NCBI GenBank assembly: GCA_973895155.1
Contig: OZ316891.1
Location: 23,869,899-23,933,898, forward strand
DNA length: 64,000 bases
From: Marsupella aquatica
Lineage: Eukaryota > Plantae > Marchantiophyta
Direction of reading: 5' to 3'
Positions 60,801 to 64,000 of the stretch are shown here, piece by piece; within the stretch, counting starts at the first letter, position 1, and every line of letters begins with the position of its first letter. A program made the position numbers and the translations under genes. The notes under the pieces are model-generated. The model was not told the origin of the DNA, did no database searches, and saw only the letters and a list, made by a program, of their open reading frames with translations.

Positions 60801-61637
60801 GGAGAGATACACAAAAAATCTGAAGAGATTATCCCATTTCTTAACAAGTACCTTGATTTTTTGAGAAGGAGTTGCACTGATGAGACATCTATAGCATATA
60901 AGGAAAGATTTCCTCTTGTGAAATATTGGGAGAGAATTGTGGAGTTGTTGACAAATGGGCTTGCACTAGAAGGGGAGGGAAGTACTCAATTTCCCTTGAA
61001 AAATGGATTTTGGCCTAAGACTAACCACGGCACTGGTTACAAGGTCAACCAACCGGAACAAAGTGGTCCTCCAAGTGAAGATGAGAAGAATGCGGAGATG
61101 ACGGCTCTTCAAAATGAGGTCTTGGAAGAGATGGAAGATCAAGCAGCACCATTTGTTGGATCTCGAGCTGAGAGAGAACAAGGACGGTGGATTCCCCTAC
61201 AGGATATTCGTGAAGGGAACTTTGTATTTCTTCGACCTGAGGATGACTGGGAGAATAAAAATGGTGGAGGTCATTTTTGGTTGGTGAGAGCTTTGGGTTC
61301 GGTGGACCCTAAGCATGAAGTCCCAACTACATCTCCAACAAACCCTCCTATGCCTCACCAATATGCTCCAATGTTTCCAGTTGAATGGTGGAGGCCTAAA
61401 CACTCTAAACTTGATGTGACTGAGAGTGCACGGTATCTAAACTGCTTCATGTCCACTAAGACATGGGAACGAGATCCAGGGTTTGGTGAGAACGCTCAAC
61501 ATTGGCAATATGCAAATTCTGCAATGTATGGTTTTAAATCTGGCATGAAAGAAGAAAACATGGCGGGTAGAGGTTTGAAGATTCCTCGAAGTGTTCTACA
61601 AACTGTCCAAAGTTATCTCCAAAGGATGGACAAGTAG
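57895..61637 (+). CDS. Sola-like DDD transposase, split by a frame change near 59005-59020; N-terminal part has three repeated small domains
   Basis: CCKQKC, VCRHAF, KCTLC, IIHDKMDQAK, LQMDNSAKDNKN, FLMVGHTHKDVDALFS motifs. N-terminal VAxGxV..L....V....LP...A...V.W repeats resemble En/Spm Tnp1-associated domains. Confidence 0.8.
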
Positions 61638-61924
61638 ACTTAGTTGTTACTTGCGAAGCTATAATAATTAAATTAATTTAGATAGTTACTTACCTAGTTT
61701 TTATGTAAATAGTCGACACTCATTCAAACATACTAACTTACGTACTAGTTATTTACTATTCTAATAGTTTTAATGTGAGACCATGTCATTGAGTGTTAGT
61801 TATACTATCTCCTCATTTTCTAAACTTTTGATCATTATGAATATGAATGTTTGCTTTTTTGCATAATTAAAAATATTTTTCTATTCATTCCTTTCTTTTA
61901 AATGATTATAATAAGATTTGGTAG

Positions 61925-62252
61925 GAAAATATACACTTTTTAGGCCAAATGTACACTTTGTTGCACTCAAAGTTACACTTTCTAGACCAACTGCACTTAA
62001 ATGTACACTTTTTAAGCCAAATGTATGTTTCTTTCACTCAAATGTACACTTTCTAGGCCAAATGTACTCAAATGTACACTTTTAGAGCCAAATGTACCTA
62101 TTTTGATGTTCAAATATACACTTTTTATTGTCCAAATGTACACTCTTTAGGCCAATTGTACACTTTTCTATCCCCAAATGTACACTTTTCATTGGCCAAA
62201 TGTACACTTTTCCTCGCCCAAAAGTACACTTTTCATTGCCCAAATGTACATA
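61925..62252. repeat. Right subterminal AAATGTACACTTT repeats (>12 copies)
   Basis: Direct repeats at ~21-23-bp spacing next to the TIR. Confidence 0.88.
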
Positions 62253-62502
62253 AATCAAATAATAATACACTTTTAATGAATAGGCTGATCAGTGGAAATA
62301 GTCTATTGAATGTGCATGAATCCATTTGGACTGGGACCATCCCAGTCCAACACAAAACTAGACGATATCAGTGGAAATATTCTACTGAATGTGCATGTAT
62401 CCATTTGGACCATCTCAATCCAAACCAAACTTGAAGCTTTGTGTTCAAAGACTACCATGAGAGTCTACGGTATTGTACCCATCAAGCAGTAACACTTCGT
62501 AC

Positions 62503-64000
62503 CTGAAATTTTTGATTGTCTTGAGCATTTGTTTTGTTGTCCCCATGTTTTGGCTGGCTAGGTCTTCCACATTCCACAAATTCTCGCCTAGCATGAATGA
62601 CTGTATCTTTGAAGCATGACTGAAACACCATCGTGCTATTGATAGCATTAGATTGCATTGAATGCTCAACTAATATTGACGATGGTGTTCGATGAGATAA
62701 TATTCTTGACTTTTGAAATTCCAGCTTTTTTGCCAATGTTGTTAGCTTGGCGTCCTTCTTTGCCCATTCTCGAATCCATCTGGTTGCTCTGGCCGAATGT
62801 TGATTGCTAATGGCAAGGAATTGAACCTCGCCCTTTTTCACGGCTGCTACAAAGTCCCTCCTATCTGATTCCGTGTTGTCATACTGCATTAGGTTTCTAT
62901 GTTTTGCAGTGTAAGGAATCAAGTCTACTATGTGTGGTTCATGCCCCGGATTTCTTATCATGGAATTGGCCACATCCCTTACATGGTCTGCATTCAACAT
63001 TCTGTAACAGAGTCTTGCCGACACAGGGAAAATACTCTCTACGGGAATAGAAAATATCGAATTGATCCCAAACGTATAATATTGTTCCATTTGTTGCAGT
63101 ACCTCATTACCTTCTAAGACCTTCTTCTCCTCAGGAGCATCCAACTGCTCGTCCACATCTTGTGAATGCATTGTCTGGTTTTTTGTAGTGTCATCCATGA
63201 TGGCACTGTTAATTTTCTGTTTCTTCTTCTGTCTTGGCCTCTTTTCACTTGCACTCGGTTTCTCAACCGGATGTTTCTTCTCAACCGGCTTCTCAACTTG
63301 GCTTCTTGTGCTCGGCTTCTTGTACTCGGCTTCTCGTACTTGGCTTCTCGTACTCGGCTTCTCAACCGGCTTCTCCACTGCAAGTTTCTTCTCAACCATA
63401 AGTTTCCTTTGGCTTTGTTTTTGTTTTCCCATTGCTCTTTGAGAGGTCGCTGCTGTAGTTCCCGCGGTCTCAGTTGTAGGTTCTGGAGCTTTCTCTGGCG
63501 CTTGCTTAGGCTCAGGGTTTGTATTCACCGCTGGAAGCTTTCTCGCCTTGGACAAAGATTCTATCCATTGCTTTGCTTTGACTGAATCAAACTTGGAAGC
63601 AAATGAAACATCCTTATCAATTAAAACACCAGGCTCCTCCAAATCCAACAATAACAATCCAGCTTTCTCAAGTAAATTGCTTAACGTCCAGGTAGTTGGA
63701 AAAGAGAAATTGCCTTGGTGCTTCATCATGTTGAGTTTCAAATATTGAAAATTAACCCATACATAATGTCGACTAGAAGCATACCAGTTACCCCGTCGAC
63801 CAACTTCTTTGTGTCATAGGTCTTTGGAAAAAATCCCATTGACAAAACGCTCAATTCCCCATTTGTGTGCCATTCGACATTGAATTCAAAGGAGTATGCC
63901 TTTGACACAAGGTTAACTTTAACCCAACAGGACCTATTGTGCATCTCCAGAATGACCAATTTCATCCCTCTCCCCCCAATGCCAACAGAGACCACAGGTC
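62503..64000 (-). pseudogene. ParB-like exon of the outer element's paralogue (frameshift near 63745; continues beyond window)
   Basis: Homologous to 53604-55201 (EQYYTFGIN, ARLCY, AISNQHSAR, NQKFQ). Donor CAG|GTACGA at 62503/62502. Confidence 0.85.

Larger units (their letters stand above)
49030..62289. mobile_element. 13,260-bp cut-and-paste DNA transposon, Sola-like, with cargo genes
   Basis: 26-bp TIRs ATCAGCCTATT(T/C)ATTAAAAGTGTATT with 1 mismatch. 4-bp TSD CAGT at 49026-49029 and 62290-62293. Removing the element restores the minisatellite unit. Confidence 0.9.

Overview
This window is eukaryotic, probably plant, and consists entirely of nested transposable elements with no host gene. 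(1) 1-24256 is a head-to-tail LTR-internal-LTR-internal-LTR array (period 10,884 bp) of a non-chromovirus Ty3/gypsy element, family A. Its ~4.66-kb LTRs themselves encode a 1211-aa PMD/ATHILA-ORF-like coiled-coil protein, and its pol is apparently reached by a -1 frameshift located after the protease. (2) This array is inserted in the integrase of a related family B, whose ~4-kb LTRs carry a homologous ORF; one of these is a solo LTR with a target-site duplication. (3) Nested LTR fragments, a MITE and a 4 x 2716-bp tandem array occupy 29.7-45.4 kb. (4) A 13,260-bp DNA transposon (49030-62289; 26-bp TIRs, CAGT TSD, Sola-like DDD transposase) carries a spliced ParB-like plus DNA amino-methyltransferase-like gene and an FCP1-like phosphatase. 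A ~25-bp palindrome is arrayed in its predicted introns. This element sits inside the intron of a decayed paralogue belonging to a related element. Domain calls are from motif recognition by eye, not database searches.
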